Part shown: positions 22,966 to 35,661 of the stretch, piece by piece
Position numbering within the stretch: position 1 is the stretch's first letter
How the letters are laid out: every line of letters starts with the position of its first letter
Assembly (NCBI GenBank): GCA_030141605.1
Contig: JAQGDQ010001003.1
Span: 1-64,000, forward strand
Direction of reading: 5' to 3'
Origin: Tubiluchus corallicola
Lineage: Eukaryota; Animalia; Priapulida
DNA: 64,000 bases
The notes under the pieces: model-generated
Told to the model about the DNA's origin: nothing
The model's database searches: none
Seen by the model: the letters and a program-made list of their open reading frames with translations, nothing else
Program-made: the position numbers and the translations under genes

Positions 22966-25900
22966 CATGATAGTTACTGAAGACGACAAGGCTTCAATCG
23001 CTGCCGTCGTGCGCAAGGTGAACAGGCTGCTGAAGAAAAAATCTAAGCTGGAATCGATCTGGGACCACTTGGACGAGATAGAAACGAGTTTAGCTAATGG
23101 CATCGATGTGTCAGATCTTCACGGAAAAGGAAGCGCTTCGTTAAGCGACATTCCGTCTAGATCTGCGGATTTGGAAACTCCTCCGCGAAGTACGAGGTTG
23201 GCCCCTGGTGGGCCGCTGCCGCACGGCAAAAGCGTCTCGACTCCGATATTATCTGAGAATATGATACCGACTAGGGATACGGATGCTCAAAGTAAACCGC
23301 CTCAGTATGTTTTCTCCAGGATTCCGGGCCCGGAGCGGTCCGTATCGGACGTTGTAGTGGGGACGTCTCCTCGGGATCGACGGCGCATGTCGTTTGAGGA
23401 GTATTGCGCAGCCATTGCTGTGAATTTTGACGAATTGTCGACCGATGACAAGGATTTAGTTCAGAATATGGTCCGACAGAGTTACAATAGGCTCGTTAAT
23501 TCCGACGCACCACTTGAGTCATTAGAAGCTGCGGACAAGAAAAGTTTTGACTACTTGAAAAGGTTTTTGTGCCACGAAGAAGCTTATACGATTAGCAAAC
23601 CTGAGTCTTCAGTACGTCACGATATTGCCATTTTTGACGATAACGAAACTGTGAATAAACTAAAGAAATCGGTGGAGAATGTGGAAGCGTTTTTATCGCA
23701 GTTGACCGTAAAGTTGAAACAGCAGCACGAAAAATCTCAATTTGCCGACGGCGCACAGCCTAAACCACATACTGAAAGCGACAAAGAACGCGTCGTCAGC
23801 CGATCGAGAAGAGGCCGAAAATCTCCAGAGCGAAGAACTGGGCACATGTCCACGTCAGAAGTGCATTCCGATTTTGAACCGAAACGAGCAAAATTAGACT
23901 CTAAAGAATCCGCTTCTCTTGATTTGTGGACACTAAATAACATCGTCGATAAACTGAATCAACCGAGTGCCAGTTCATCACAGGTGATTATAATTGGTGA
24001 TGATGGTAGTGAAGTTCCGCTCGATGTGTCACGTCCAAGTTCTGAGCTGCTTTCCGAGGGTGACTTGCACGAAAAGGTACCGCAGCTGGTATCCCAGTGG
24101 CTTCACGAAGAGCAGGAAGCGGCGTCCGGATCGTGGGATATGGAACAAAAGGACTCAGACGAACCAAACTTTGAAATTATGGCAGCAGTGCATAGCGAAA
24201 GTTCCAAGGGACCGCCACCCGATCTTGCTGCTAGGTTACGGGCACTTTTGGCTGAAGCCCCAACACCAGAACCTGCTGAGGACCTCGAACTTTCGACGAT
24301 GAAGACTAGCATGTCTCCAAGGCTACCGGTTGGTAGCGGTGCTGCATCATTGTCACCTACTGCAGAAGTTACCAAAAGACCCTCATCACAGTCACCCGAT
24401 CGGTCAGGTTTGTCAGAAAAAGCAAAACCCGATGCTCAGCCGAAAATTTGCGAGTTTGCCGTGTTTGACATCCTCCCCGCATCTTCTCGTCCTCCTGATT
24501 CAGGTAAAGGTAAGAGAGATTCCTGGGAGGAAGTTTCCACGAGTTTTGGCATGTCGGAGGCTGCCAAGTCGCCGTTGACATCATCACCTCGCAGTACATC
24601 TCCTAGTGTTGTTCTCAAGCAGGCGGAGATTGTTGACAGTGTAGCACACCTGCATAGCTCCGTTGCGGGGCGGGATAGCTTCTCCTCTCTTGACACGACT
24701 GGCGTTGATGATGGCGATGAGTCGTCTTACACCCAAGAAGGTGTGGTGCTCAGTGGTTCATGGTTCGAAGAAGATAGTGGTTCTCTATCACCATATGAGC
24801 ACTCCAGCGACGATGACGAAGATGAGGCCGATGTAAAAGAAGACGTATCAAAAGATAAAACTGACAGCGATAGTTGGACCTCGGCATCCTATTCGGAAAC
24901 GTCTGAGGATCTGAAAGAAATGCCAAAATTGAAAGAAACGGTTATTCTGCTAGACGAAGAGCCTGAAAGTGTGCCGTGGGAGAGTCAAAGCAGTGTGTAT
25001 GAAGATGCAGGCGATGACGATGCGGATTTTCCCCCACCGCCCACGCCTAAAGAGCAGTTGGAGTTCTACCAAATGGCCATCGAAGGCTTACGAGAAGACG
25101 ATGATAAGGATTTTGACTTATCGGCATTACTCGACAGACCGAAGACACCGGAGCCAGGCGAGCGAGCACACGATCAACTGGACGACGATGATATAACAAG
25201 CGAGAGCGACGTGAACAGGCTGGAGAGTAGCAGCGACGAACCATCCAGTGGTGCTGATGCCACTTCCGAAAGGAACAACGTAGGCGAGCAAGAATCAGAA
25301 CAGAGCCCAACAAAGCAGCTAGAAATTCCCAGTGATCTGTCATTTGCTGGGGTAATCTCGCTAGATGCTACGTCAGAGACGGAGCCCGTTGTTACTGATT
25401 CAGTTGCTGAAGATGAACGTGCTGATGATGCAGAACAGTCTGAAACAACAACCAGCGGAAATGCCGCACAGGAAATGCCTGCTGCTGCTGCTGATGACTC
25501 TAGCATTGCAAGTCAACCTGGTGCAAACGAACCCGATACTCGGATCACAGAAGTGGACATAATGCGTTCAAAGTCAGCTCGCAGGTCTTCGTTGAAGGAC
25601 AGATTGAAAGCTTTGTCAAAAAACCTGGAAATGCAGGAAGCCGATGGCAGATTTTTACTGCCCAGCAAAATGGGACAAGAACGTGCCGAGTCACTCGAAA
25701 GCAATGCGCCACACGTTGACGCTTCACAGCGGAGGGCAGAAAAGCAAGAAACTGTTCAAAAAGGTGACACCGTACTTGATGACGATGATTCTGGTTTATC
25801 TGGCGCTGTCAAGCAATACGAAGATGATGTGGTTTCCACCGCGTTCCCGACTTCTTTACCAGTTGGCTCTGTAGATGGCGACACGATCCTGTTTTGGAAA

Positions 25901-26065
25901 AAGTTGGCGGCTAGTGTGAAGGACTTTGTAGCAGAATTAGACAAGAACCGTAGCAAGCAGAAGAGCTGTCTTGAGGATCTAGGAAAGCTGACAGAACTTA
26001 CAGATGCAAGTGACAAAGTAGCTGATGATGGTAACGATGTCGGCCTTCTGCGAGGAATGGAAAAG
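22966..26065 (+). CDS. Giant 3.1-kb exon: end of the last SESTD1 helix, then about 1000 aa of acidic S/D/E-rich low-complexity sequence
   Basis: Long ORF 22937-26092; acceptor ttttttattcacAG in phase 2 matches the previous donor; consensus donor AAG/GTGAGT at 26066 (phase 0). Read-through would stop at 26092. Confidence 0.88.
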
Positions 26066-27192
26066 GTGAGTGTTATAGTAGCTCAAAGGTGATGAAAAGG
26101 GAATTGTACAGGCTGTCAGAATGTAAAAAATTCTTAATGGCTTGAAATTTTGGCACCTGGTAAAATTTCACTGCGTTACATCCCAGTGTGCACCACTGAT
26201 TAAAAAAAACACGTTATTGATAAATTGTAAGTTATAAGTTATAACTTTATCAAATATGTTCACAACACAAACAATCATTATAGCGTAGCACTTAGAAGAA
26301 TTTAATAACATACTTATTATTATGTACACAAGATGCAAATGACCCGTGGGGTGCTCAACAGCGAGTAATTACTTGTAGAGAGCACCCCAAATGAATGTGG
26401 ATTTAGTGAAGTAAAAAAGTGCAGTAAAGGAGTAGAAAAGAAATGTTAATAGAGAATAGAAAGAAAGATTGAAATATGAAAGAAAGAAAGAAATATGATC
26501 TTATCGACAAACTAACGTAATTTAAACGTTTGCTTAGTTAGCAAAGTGTGTCACTCTTAATTAATTTTTTCATTTAATACGTAATATTCATTAAAAATAT
26601 ATAAAAATGTTTACAAGAAGGTATAAAATGTGAAAGCAGGATAAAACACAGAGCACAGGCACAGAGTAAAATTTTACAGATAAAAAGGGCTAGTTTATAA
26701 GATTATGGGTAAAAGCTATGAATGGTCTGATTATTTTTCTAAACTTTATGCAATGTCATCTAAATTTGTCTCAAACTACTTATCATTAAAATGGTTGCAC
26801 GTAACAGTCATCGTGGCGGTTTAAATTTACATTTTCTGCACAGCATGACTTCTGACACCAGATCTGTGTGCATTAAGGTAGCATGCAAGTGACACAAGAG
26901 GTCAAGACGAATTTTTAAAGCTTTATTAATGAAGAGTGTTTTCTTGTGCTTTAACACGTTTCTGCATTTGTCTAACTATAAAGGGTGCCAGTCTTTTAAG
27001 GCAAGTCTTGAATTTGGTTTTGTCTGCCACGACTGCGCGCGTTTTCTGGTGGACGTAATCAGTTGTAAACATTTAGCGCTTATCTGAAGCATGCTTTTGT
27101 GGCTTGTCATTGTGAAAGTTTAATTTTTTTTGCAATTGTATGTAGTGGTTTGGCGGTATGAGTACACGCATTAAGGCCATGTTTGTAAAATC

Positions 27193-27852
27193 TGTGCTTG
27201 CATAGCAAAATCGTCCATATGTCAACAAGTAAGCTTTTCTAGCTATTCACTTTACCTGAATCTCCATTTTATGATGATCATTTTGATGCTAAGTTCATCA
27301 CTCTATGTTATTTCTAAGCTGAGATAATCCACGTTGAAGTTGAGGTGCAGGCTATGCAGTGAAAAACATCAGCTTGAGAAAATCACTGTTAAAGTCAGCC
27401 ATTGTTTTTGTCGCATTTCTACAAAACACTTAGCAACCGTACAAATGTTGGTTGCTACGGACTTTGCAAAAGCATATTGAAGTTATGTTTAAATCCAGTA
27501 CATGGCTCTTCCTGATAAAAATGTCAGCTTGGCAAATAGAAAAGAACCCGAATCAAGATGGCTGCTTCCACAAGCTACTCTTGAAGTTTGAAAATACAAG
27601 GTTTTTACAATTGTAGTACTAGTTTTTACACAGAGAAGTGAGTACAGGATTATAAAATTAGATTTTTAGTATTTTTTCACGTTTTCTTGATAATTTGTTG
27701 CTAGAATATAAAAGCCCAATATATTTAGAGTTTGTTTTTATAATAAACAAAAATTGACATTTTACCCAATTTTTGGTGCATTCTCCTTTGAAGCATCATA
27801 ACATAGTTTTAACTATGCCGACTTGTGAACAGCTTTGGTTTGCAAGTAACAC
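27193..27852. mobile_element. MITE with TGTGCTTGCA termini, copy 3
   Basis: Colinear with 15173-15798. Confidence 0.75.
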
Positions 27853-28483
27853 ATATAATGTTTGCCATGAATTGATTGTCTCCAAGAACCTGAGTTCTAA
27901 CATGAGTTCTGACAGAAACTAACATGTTTTAATTTCGAACGAGGAACAGCGTTCTCGCTAATCTAGTACTGCCGCCATTCTAATAAAATATTTTTTTTTA
28001 ATTTAATAAGCAATGTTCACTAAAAGTGTATTAAAGATATTTGCAAGAAAGTATAAAATATGAATGTTTTTACGGCACAGACTAAAAAACTAGGGATAAA
28101 AGCACAGAGAGCCAAGGTTACTTCAGGTGCCTCTTAAAAGATAAATGATTATTAAAATTTAGATTCAGTGGTTTCTCATTGACTTTTCTTAATTATGCAT
28201 TAGTCTGTGCGTAGAGTGATTTGCTAGCCGGATCTTCCTTGGGAACAAGAAAAAATGAACTGGGTAAGCTTCTAGCTAGGTGTTAAAACTGTTACTATTA
28301 CAATAGCATGGGCTGCGAGGCATTGTCAAGTGTACACAAATGCGTCGTCTGGTACGCTTAACATTTGACGTTTTCACGATCATCATCGATCGCTGGAACT
28401 GTGAACAGGCTTGTATTAGAATTAATTCACTAATTAATGATATCGTTAATCGTCACCTAATTTGAAAATGTTAATCTCGTGTT

Positions 28484-28552
28484 CATCCATCCATTTACTA
28501 ACCAAGCTTGATGTTGCTTAACTTTGGTAGCTAAATGCATAGTGGGAGCCAT
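28484..28552 (-). mobile_element. 5S-rRNA-derived (SINE3-like) fragment; similar piece at about 59322-59371 (+)
   Basis: Minus strand ccaaagttaagcaacatcaagcttggttagtaaatggatgg resembles the 5S internal control region (aagctaagcag...ctggttagtacttggatggg); too degenerate to be a 5S gene. Confidence 0.45.
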
Positions 28553-29847
28553 GTGCTACAACATTTGCCTGATTTGCTTAGTTCATATCCGTGCGTAGAG
28601 TTTGTTGTAGTCAAATTTTGGCCTTTCGGTTCCGACTTTGAGAGTGCCTAATATTCCAATTCCTTTCCATAAATGTACGTTTACGACCTCGCTTAGCTGC
28701 CTCTACACTCTAGTTCTAATATTAGATAATAGATGGCAGCAGTGCCCAGTCAGCTTTTGGTGAAGCCCTGTTTTGCTGAACAGCTTTGGGTTGGTTTTGG
28801 CCAATGGCCATTTCTTCAACGCTTTAATAGAAAAAGTGCGAGGCTTTAGAAAAAAAGCAGAAATTTGGGTTATCCCTCTCTTTCCTCCTCCCCAATTAGC
28901 TTGTTATTTTTACTGAAAAGTGGGATTTTACTTAGACAGCTAATTAACTAAGAACTTTGTTTCTGCCTAAGTTTCATCAGTGCCAGTTTTAACTGTTCAG
29001 AATTTCGTATACTCTGTAGTATCTATGTGTACTGCATTTATTTTTCCTCGTTTTTATTACATGTTATTACTTTATTACATATTATTACTTTATTACATAT
29101 TATTACTTTATTACATGTTATTACTTTATTACATGTTTTGTGCACCTATTTTTTTCAGTTCAATTTTTTTAGAACTACAAAATAGCAAATATGTGTAGTA
29201 AAATGTGATTCATCCAACTAATTTGTAGGCAGCTAACTGTGTAAATCTCCTTGTTTGTCTAAGAATTTTTCTCTGAGCTTTTTGAAGTGGAATTCAGTGC
29301 CAGTGACTATTTTGCTTAATCATAACCTTAGGCAGTGCAGTGCAAGAGGATGTAGTTTTTTTTCTTTTTTAGTTTATAATTATCACATTTAGTACAATAT
29401 AATGACATTAAGCACACAGTGACATCAAAATTATTACGTCATACTGTATTAAAATATTATGTTACATCCACCATCGTTATCATAAAAGAATAATTGTACT
29501 GCAGTGGGCTAGAGAAGCAAAGGCTTGTATAAGCCCACTGTCACGTGAACCCGATAAAAAAGGATTGGATGAGTGAACAAAAAAAAGAACTGGGAGAAAG
29601 GTTAGATCACACAGGAAGGGTAGAAGGATGTGTTAGTGGAAATTGTAAGAAGAAAGATAATAGATTGTGCTATGTTGAAGATATAGAAAGATGTAGATAT
29701 TCCATTCGGCCTTTCCAGCGCGGTAGATTCTCGACAAAACCCAGATGTGTGGTACACTATTCATGTCTGCATTTTCTCGACTTTCTAATCTGCTACACTC
29801 AGCGATTATATTTTTATTATGCTTAGTTTTTGCCTATCCTTGCATTA

Positions 29848-30352
29848 CAGTGTTCCCTCGCTACATCGCGGTTCGTTTATTGCGGACTCGCTGTTTCGCG
29901 GGTTTTCAAAAATATTAATGTAAAATATCTATCGCGGTATTTTCGCTGTTTCGCAGGTTTTTGCGGTACTCCGTCTAAAGTATTTTTGCACATGCGTAGT
30001 ACGTATTGTACAGCAATCTATAGATTTGATGAATTTTGCATAAAAAACCACAAAATGTGTAAAAATGTATTAAAAATATTAATTCTAACATTAAGAGAAT
30101 ATTATAAATCATCAAAAATTATCATTTACAGTAAATAGTGTATTTATTCGGCGGATGAATACACACCAAAAACGAAATGTAGTACTTGCGCCCGCTTGAG
30201 ATGCTACTTGCCGACGTGAGATTGTACACAACACATAAAGACACATAATAATGTATAACTACTAAAATAAGTATAGCATCCCTACTTCGCGGAAATTCAC
30301 TTATCGCGGGTGGGCCTGGAACGGAACACCCGCGATAAGTGAGGCAACACTG
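29848..30352. mobile_element. Tigger-like MITE, same family as 7521-7906
   Basis: TA-cagtgttccctcgctacatcgcgg ... ccgcgataagtgaggcaacactg. Confidence 0.8.
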
Positions 30353-30599
30353 CATATGCCTTTACTTTTGTATAAAAAAATTCTTTTATTGGTCAGTGGT
30401 CATCCGGGTTAATTCTGTTGTTTTTTCTTTACAATAAACGTAAGTTACACCAGTTTGGTATTTTTTCGCCTGATCTCATCAAGCTGTCAAGTTTAAGACA
30501 CTAGGTCCCGGGTAAACATAACAAACTGCGTAGATGATGATTAGTCACACCTCGAGGGAGCACTGTTCGACCATAACCCGTCCCAGCACGCGTCTACCC

Positions 30600-30685
30600 A
30601 CACACGTGCGCCGGGGGTTTTACGTTTCATGGCGCGTCTATAAATAGCAGCGCATGCGCCGTGCCGCCACGGCACTGACTGAAGC
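30600..30685. promoter_or_regulatory. GC-rich patch with MEF2/TATA-like CTATAAATAG, NRF1-type GCGCATGCGC and E-box CACGTG
   Basis: CTATAAATAG at 30638-30647, GCGCATGCGC at 30650-30659, CACGTG at 30603-30608; motif evidence only. Confidence 0.35.
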
Positions 30686-31204
30686 CTTTTATGGGGTAGA
30701 AGCAGCAGCTTGGGTCTCAAGAGGCAGTGAATTCCCCCCCCCCCACTTCATCTCCGAAATGTTATGATGATTTTTATCAAATTTACTTTGGCCGAGGTCG
30801 TGTTTACGTGCTGTCGGGATATTTCCTGTTATCCTGCTGTAGCTAACGAACTAATGCAATAACCAAGCTGCCTCTTAGCTTAAAGTCTGCTTGTAAATCA
30901 GCAACTGGTTATGATTCCCAGACTGTAACCATAATAAGTGAGGCTACATAAAAAATGAATCATCGAAGCAAAGTTTACTTTACAGCATTATCAGCTTTTT
31001 TGCTTGCTACGTTTATGCCAACTCACAGAATAAACGTCAAAGTTATGTGTACATGTATTAACTAATTTGGTTTTTGTATCACTGTCAATATAATTAATTA
31101 ATATATATATTAATTAATTTGGATTTTGTATCACTGTCAGTACCTTTGGTGTTTAATAATCACATGTTTATTAAATACATATTTTTTGTATTTATATATG
31201 TGTG

Positions 31205-31237
<33 letters not shown>

Positions 31238-31472
31238 GCGTAAATACAAAAATATGTGTTTAATAACCATGAGTTTATTACAAAATCCCACTTACATATT
31301 ACAAAATTAATTAAATTTTCATACCAAATTGAATGACAGGAAATGTGAAAAAGGTTGCATTGCCTGGGACTTGAACCAGGGTTTCATTAAATTCATTTTG
31401 GGTTTTGTTCCATAGTTAATAGTAATCTTGACATGAAGATTATCATAATTAATGAAAGATGTTCTTGATGCT

Positions 31473-32308
31473 GATTTTACGGAAAAAGTCACAATTTTGG
31501 CTAGGAAAAAAGTCACAGGAAAAAGTCACAATTAATTTTGGTTATTGTATGTACCTTTTTTTCTCATGTACCTTTTCTATGTACCTTTTTTCACGTACCC
31601 TTTTCACGTACTTTTTTTCATGTACCATTTTCATGAACATTTTTTCGTATACCTTTTCATGTACTTTTTTTCATGTACCTTTTTCATGTACCTTTTTTCA
31701 TGTACCTTTTTTCGTATACCTTTTTCATGTACCTTTTTTCACGAACATTTTTTCGTGTACCTTTTTCATGTACCTTTTTCATGTACGTTTTTCATGTACA
31801 TTTTTTCATGAACATTTTTTCGTGTACCTTTTTCATGTTACCTTTTTTCGTATACCTTTTTTCGTGTACCTTTTTTCATGTACCTTTTTTCGTATACCTT
31901 TTTCATGTACCTTTTTTCGTGTACCTTTTTTCGTATACCTTTTTCATGTACCTTTTTTCATGTACCTTTTTTCATGTACCTTTTGTCGTATACCTTTTCA
32001 TGTACCTTTTTTCATGTACCTTTTTTCGTATACCTTTTTCATGTACCTTTTTTCACGAAAATTTTTTCGTGTACCTTTTTCATGTACCTTTTTCATGTAC
32101 CTTTTTCATGTACATTTTTTCATGAACCTTTTTTCGTGTACCTTTTTTCGTGTACATTTTTTCATGAACCTTTTTTCGTGTACCTTTTTTCATGTACCTT
32201 TTTTCTGTGCCGTTTTTCATGTACCTTTTTCATGTGCCTTCTTTCCTGTGATTTTTTGTGGGACTTTTTTCACTTGTGACTTTTTTGATTGGTTTTTTAC
32301 CTGGATTT
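31473..32308. mobile_element. Non-autonomous element with inverted subterminal repeats and an internal 15-16-bp satellite (MULE/Rehavkus-like)
   Basis: (ggaaaaagtcaca)x3 at left, inverted tgtgactttttt motifs at right, (tgtaccttttttca)n in between (31548-32240). Confidence 0.55.
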
Positions 32309-32599
32309 GCACAGGTAAATACAGCGTGTATTGCATGAGCTTTACCTTTGAATTTTGCTTAGCACGTTCATTAATGTGTGCTTCGGTGTAACTAATTCCA
32401 CTGTCTTTCTGAATCGTCTGATTAGAGAAATACTAGAAGCTTGGAGCTGTTGTTTTGCTAAAAAAATTTAAACGTGCGTGACCTCATAGAAAAGGTGGTA
32501 ATTAATCCGTTTATTTAAAATTAAATTAATTTTTCTTTCGCCCTCAGTAAACTACAGCATATTTTTGCACACACTACTGCAATTCTTCTGAAGCCCAGG

Positions 32600-32700
32600 C
32601 CAATGGCTGCCCGCATGTGCGATCGCAGCGCCGCCGCTATAAGCACGTCGAGCTGCTTAGCAGAGGAGGGAAGGACGCATCAGTCAGTGTTCAGTCAGTG
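32600..32700 (+). promoter_or_regulatory. Candidate core promoter of the CCDC141-like first exon
   Basis: CCAAT at 32600, TATAAG at 32638, repeated TCAGT initiator-like motifs at 32680-32699; spacing slightly longer than canonical. Confidence 0.4.
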
Positions 32701-32782
32701 TGCGTTTAGAATCGTTTTTGTAGTTGTCTGCATGTGACCCACCACACTACCTTCATTAACCCATCAGTAACAGCAATGAGTA

Positions 32783-32935
32783 ATGTCTGACACACGTGCA
32801 AGTGAGAGCGAGAGAGAGGTGGGCGTCTACTCGGAGGGGGAGGGCGCCGTCGCCGGGGGACGGTACACGACGACAACGATCAGCACCGTCGCCGTCCAGG
32901 CCGGTTCTTCGAGGATTGTATTGGCAATTCTCAAA
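32783..32935 (+). CDS. CCDC141: CCDC141-like first coding exon (MSDTRAS...TTTTISTVAVQAGSSRIVLAILK)
   Basis: Close match to the recalled human CCDC141 N-terminus STTTVSSVAVQAGDSKIVIAVIK; in-frame TGA just upstream (32777); donor AAA/GTaggt, phase 0. Confidence 0.9.
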
Positions 32936-33159
32936 GTAGGTTTCGTTTCGGTTGATATTAGTTATTTTATCTATGGCGCAGTTTGTTAGATCTATGACTA
33001 GTTACACAAGTATTGATTTGCTGTGTACTAATCCTGCTGATGATAGTATACTGTGACATTGTCTTCTGGTTTCATTATGAAAATGATACAATTGATACAA
33101 CTTTCATGAAGAATTCTCTTCCTTTTCCTTGCAGTAATCATTGCCGTTATCATTACTGT

Positions 33160-33440
33160 CTTATCATTTCTTCATCGTGATGATGCTCCTGATCCTTCGT
33201 ATCATTATCGTCCTCGTCATTCATGGCATTGCTATCGTCATTAGTGTCTCTTATCATTGTCATTGTCATCATCACCACCATCAACGTCATGATCATCATT
33301 ACTGCCTTTATCATCACCATCACTGCCATTATCATCATCATCATTGTCATCATCATTGTCATCATCATCATCATCATCGCCATCATCATCATCATCTTCT
33401 TCTTCTTCTTCTTCTTCGTCTTCTTCTTCATCATCGCGAT
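33160..33440. repeat. (CAT)n/(CTT)n microsatellite
   Basis: Seen directly. Confidence 0.95.
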
Positions 33441-34025
33441 GAAGTAGCGTAACTTGATCTCAACTGAACAACTTCATTGTTTGGCTGTCTGTCGTATTAG
33501 CTGTCTGAGAGAGTTGTAGTGTTTTGCTGATTCAGAAATTGGTCGTGAATCATTTTAATTGCATTCAATTTCATCAGACTTAATTAATGAGGATAACGAC
33601 TTTTCCACAGGAAATAGGTGTTTGTAGGAACAACCCCGTGGGAAAATTAAGGCAGTTTCTTAATAAATTTGAATTGTAGTGTAGTAAATACAGCAAACGA
33701 GAGAGAATAGAATTCTATATAGCCGATCTAGGATATTTTATATACATTGTATACTTGAAGGTTCATAGGAATAGTAGTATATCGTACTATTTTTAGGTCA
33801 TTTTTGTTATTTATGTATAGCTACCAATTAGCACATTAGCACATTTATACATTTTTAGTCTGACATACGAACTTTTTTCTCTTTGTGTGTGTTTTGTTTT
33901 ATTTGTTTTATAGCAATGTTAAACCACATGTTTTTTTCTGGACATAAGATGGATGTTGTTATTTTACTAGCAATATGTCTCACTAGTGTAACAAGATAAT
34001 CTTTGTCAATAAATTACTACTGCTG

Positions 34026-34026
34026 C

Positions 34027-34082
<56 letters not shown>

Positions 34083-34700
34083 CCACAACCACAACCACAA
34101 CCACAACCACAACCACAACCACAACCACAACCACAACCACAACCACTATTACTACCACTACCACTACCACTACCAGTATTACTACCACATCCACAACCAC
34201 TACCACTACCAGTATTACTACCACAACCACTACCACTACCACTACCAGTATTACTACCACAACCACTACCACTACCAGTATTACTACCACATCCACAACC
34301 ACTACCACTACCACTGCCACTACCACTATTACTACCACTACACTACCACTATTACTACCACTACACTACCACTGCCACTACACTACCACTGCCACTACAC
34401 TACCACTGCCACTACCACTATTACTACCACTACCACTACCACTACACTACCACTATTACTACCACTGCCACTGCACTACCACTGCCACTACCACTATTAC
34501 TACCACTACCATTACACTACCACTATTACTACCACTGCCACTACACTACCACTGCCACTACCACTATTACTACCACTACCACTACACTACCACTATTACT
34601 ACCACTACCACTACACTACCACTATTACTACCACTACCACTACCACTACCACTACCACTGCCACTACCACTATTACTACCACTACCACTACACTACTATA
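34026..34700. repeat. (AAC)n, (AACCAC)n, (TACCAC)n compound microsatellite
   Basis: Seen directly. Confidence 0.96.
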
Positions 34701-35561
34701 ACATTATTTTTGACGCAACGTGCAGTCCTGCATCAATGTCAAGCAGTATAAGAAAATGAAAGAACTCTTGTTTCGTTTTTCAACATTTTCTTTTGTTGGT
34801 TCCTCCTTTTTGTTATTGTTGTCGAAATTTTGTTTGCCAGTGACGTCACTCTTGTTTGCGGTTGCTCGTAGAGCCCTTGGGCTCTCATCTTACTAGTTTT
34901 TCAGAGAAATTCGTCGAAGAGACGACGAAAAAACGCGCAGGACTTTTTAATAGCAGAAGAAAAAGTTTTGATATGCGATATGGGATTGGTAATGGAAGCC
35001 ATGGGTGGTGGGAACCTTTGTAGAACTTCAGTTTAGTTGAATAACCCGAAATGGCTGTATAAACTACGTGCTGCATGATTTGCATCTAAACATACACGAA
35101 ATGTTATTTTTTTCATTATTTCTTCATTTGTATCATAATATAACTATTTCGTATCAAAGATACAGTACGTCATGAAAACGGTTATGTTATAGTGGTTACA
35201 TGAAAGTGGTTAAATTATAGTAATATTGCAAATTTATTTCATTTACGGCTGTATGCATAGATTTTTGAATTAAATAGTATAGCTTTGTTAGCGGACATAT
35301 AACCGCATCACTGTGATTATCATATAGGTAAAATATTTGTTTAATACATGTGTACAAATGCTTAGTAAATAGTTTTTTTCGCTTCATGGAGTTTACAACT
35401 AAATTTGTATATATGTGTATATACCTTGTGCAGCTATGTTGAGTCAAATTGTTAGTATGATCTGGAAATCATTACCCGAGCTCTGCCCGCTGATAAAACC
35501 ATCGGGTATGCGTCGAGTTTGTAATTTTCGTGTTGGAAATTTGATTTTCAGAAATAAAATA

Positions 35562-35565
35562 TCTA

Positions 35566-35607
<42 letters not shown>

Positions 35608-35661
35608 CGTCCGTCCGTCCGTCCGTCCGTCCGTCCATCCATCCATCCATCCATCTATCTA
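35562..35661. repeat. (TCTG)n(TCCG)n(TCCA)n microsatellite
   Basis: Seen directly. Confidence 0.95.

Noticed and set aside
23737-26016. Antisense and alternative-frame ORFs within the giant exon
   Set aside because: Shadow ORFs of the real + strand frame.
28484-28552. 5S rRNA gene
   Set aside because: Only a degenerate internal-control-region fragment; better explained as a SINE remnant.
31459-34701. Phe-, His-, Asn/Thr- and Val-rich ORFs
   Set aside because: Microsatellite and satellite translations.
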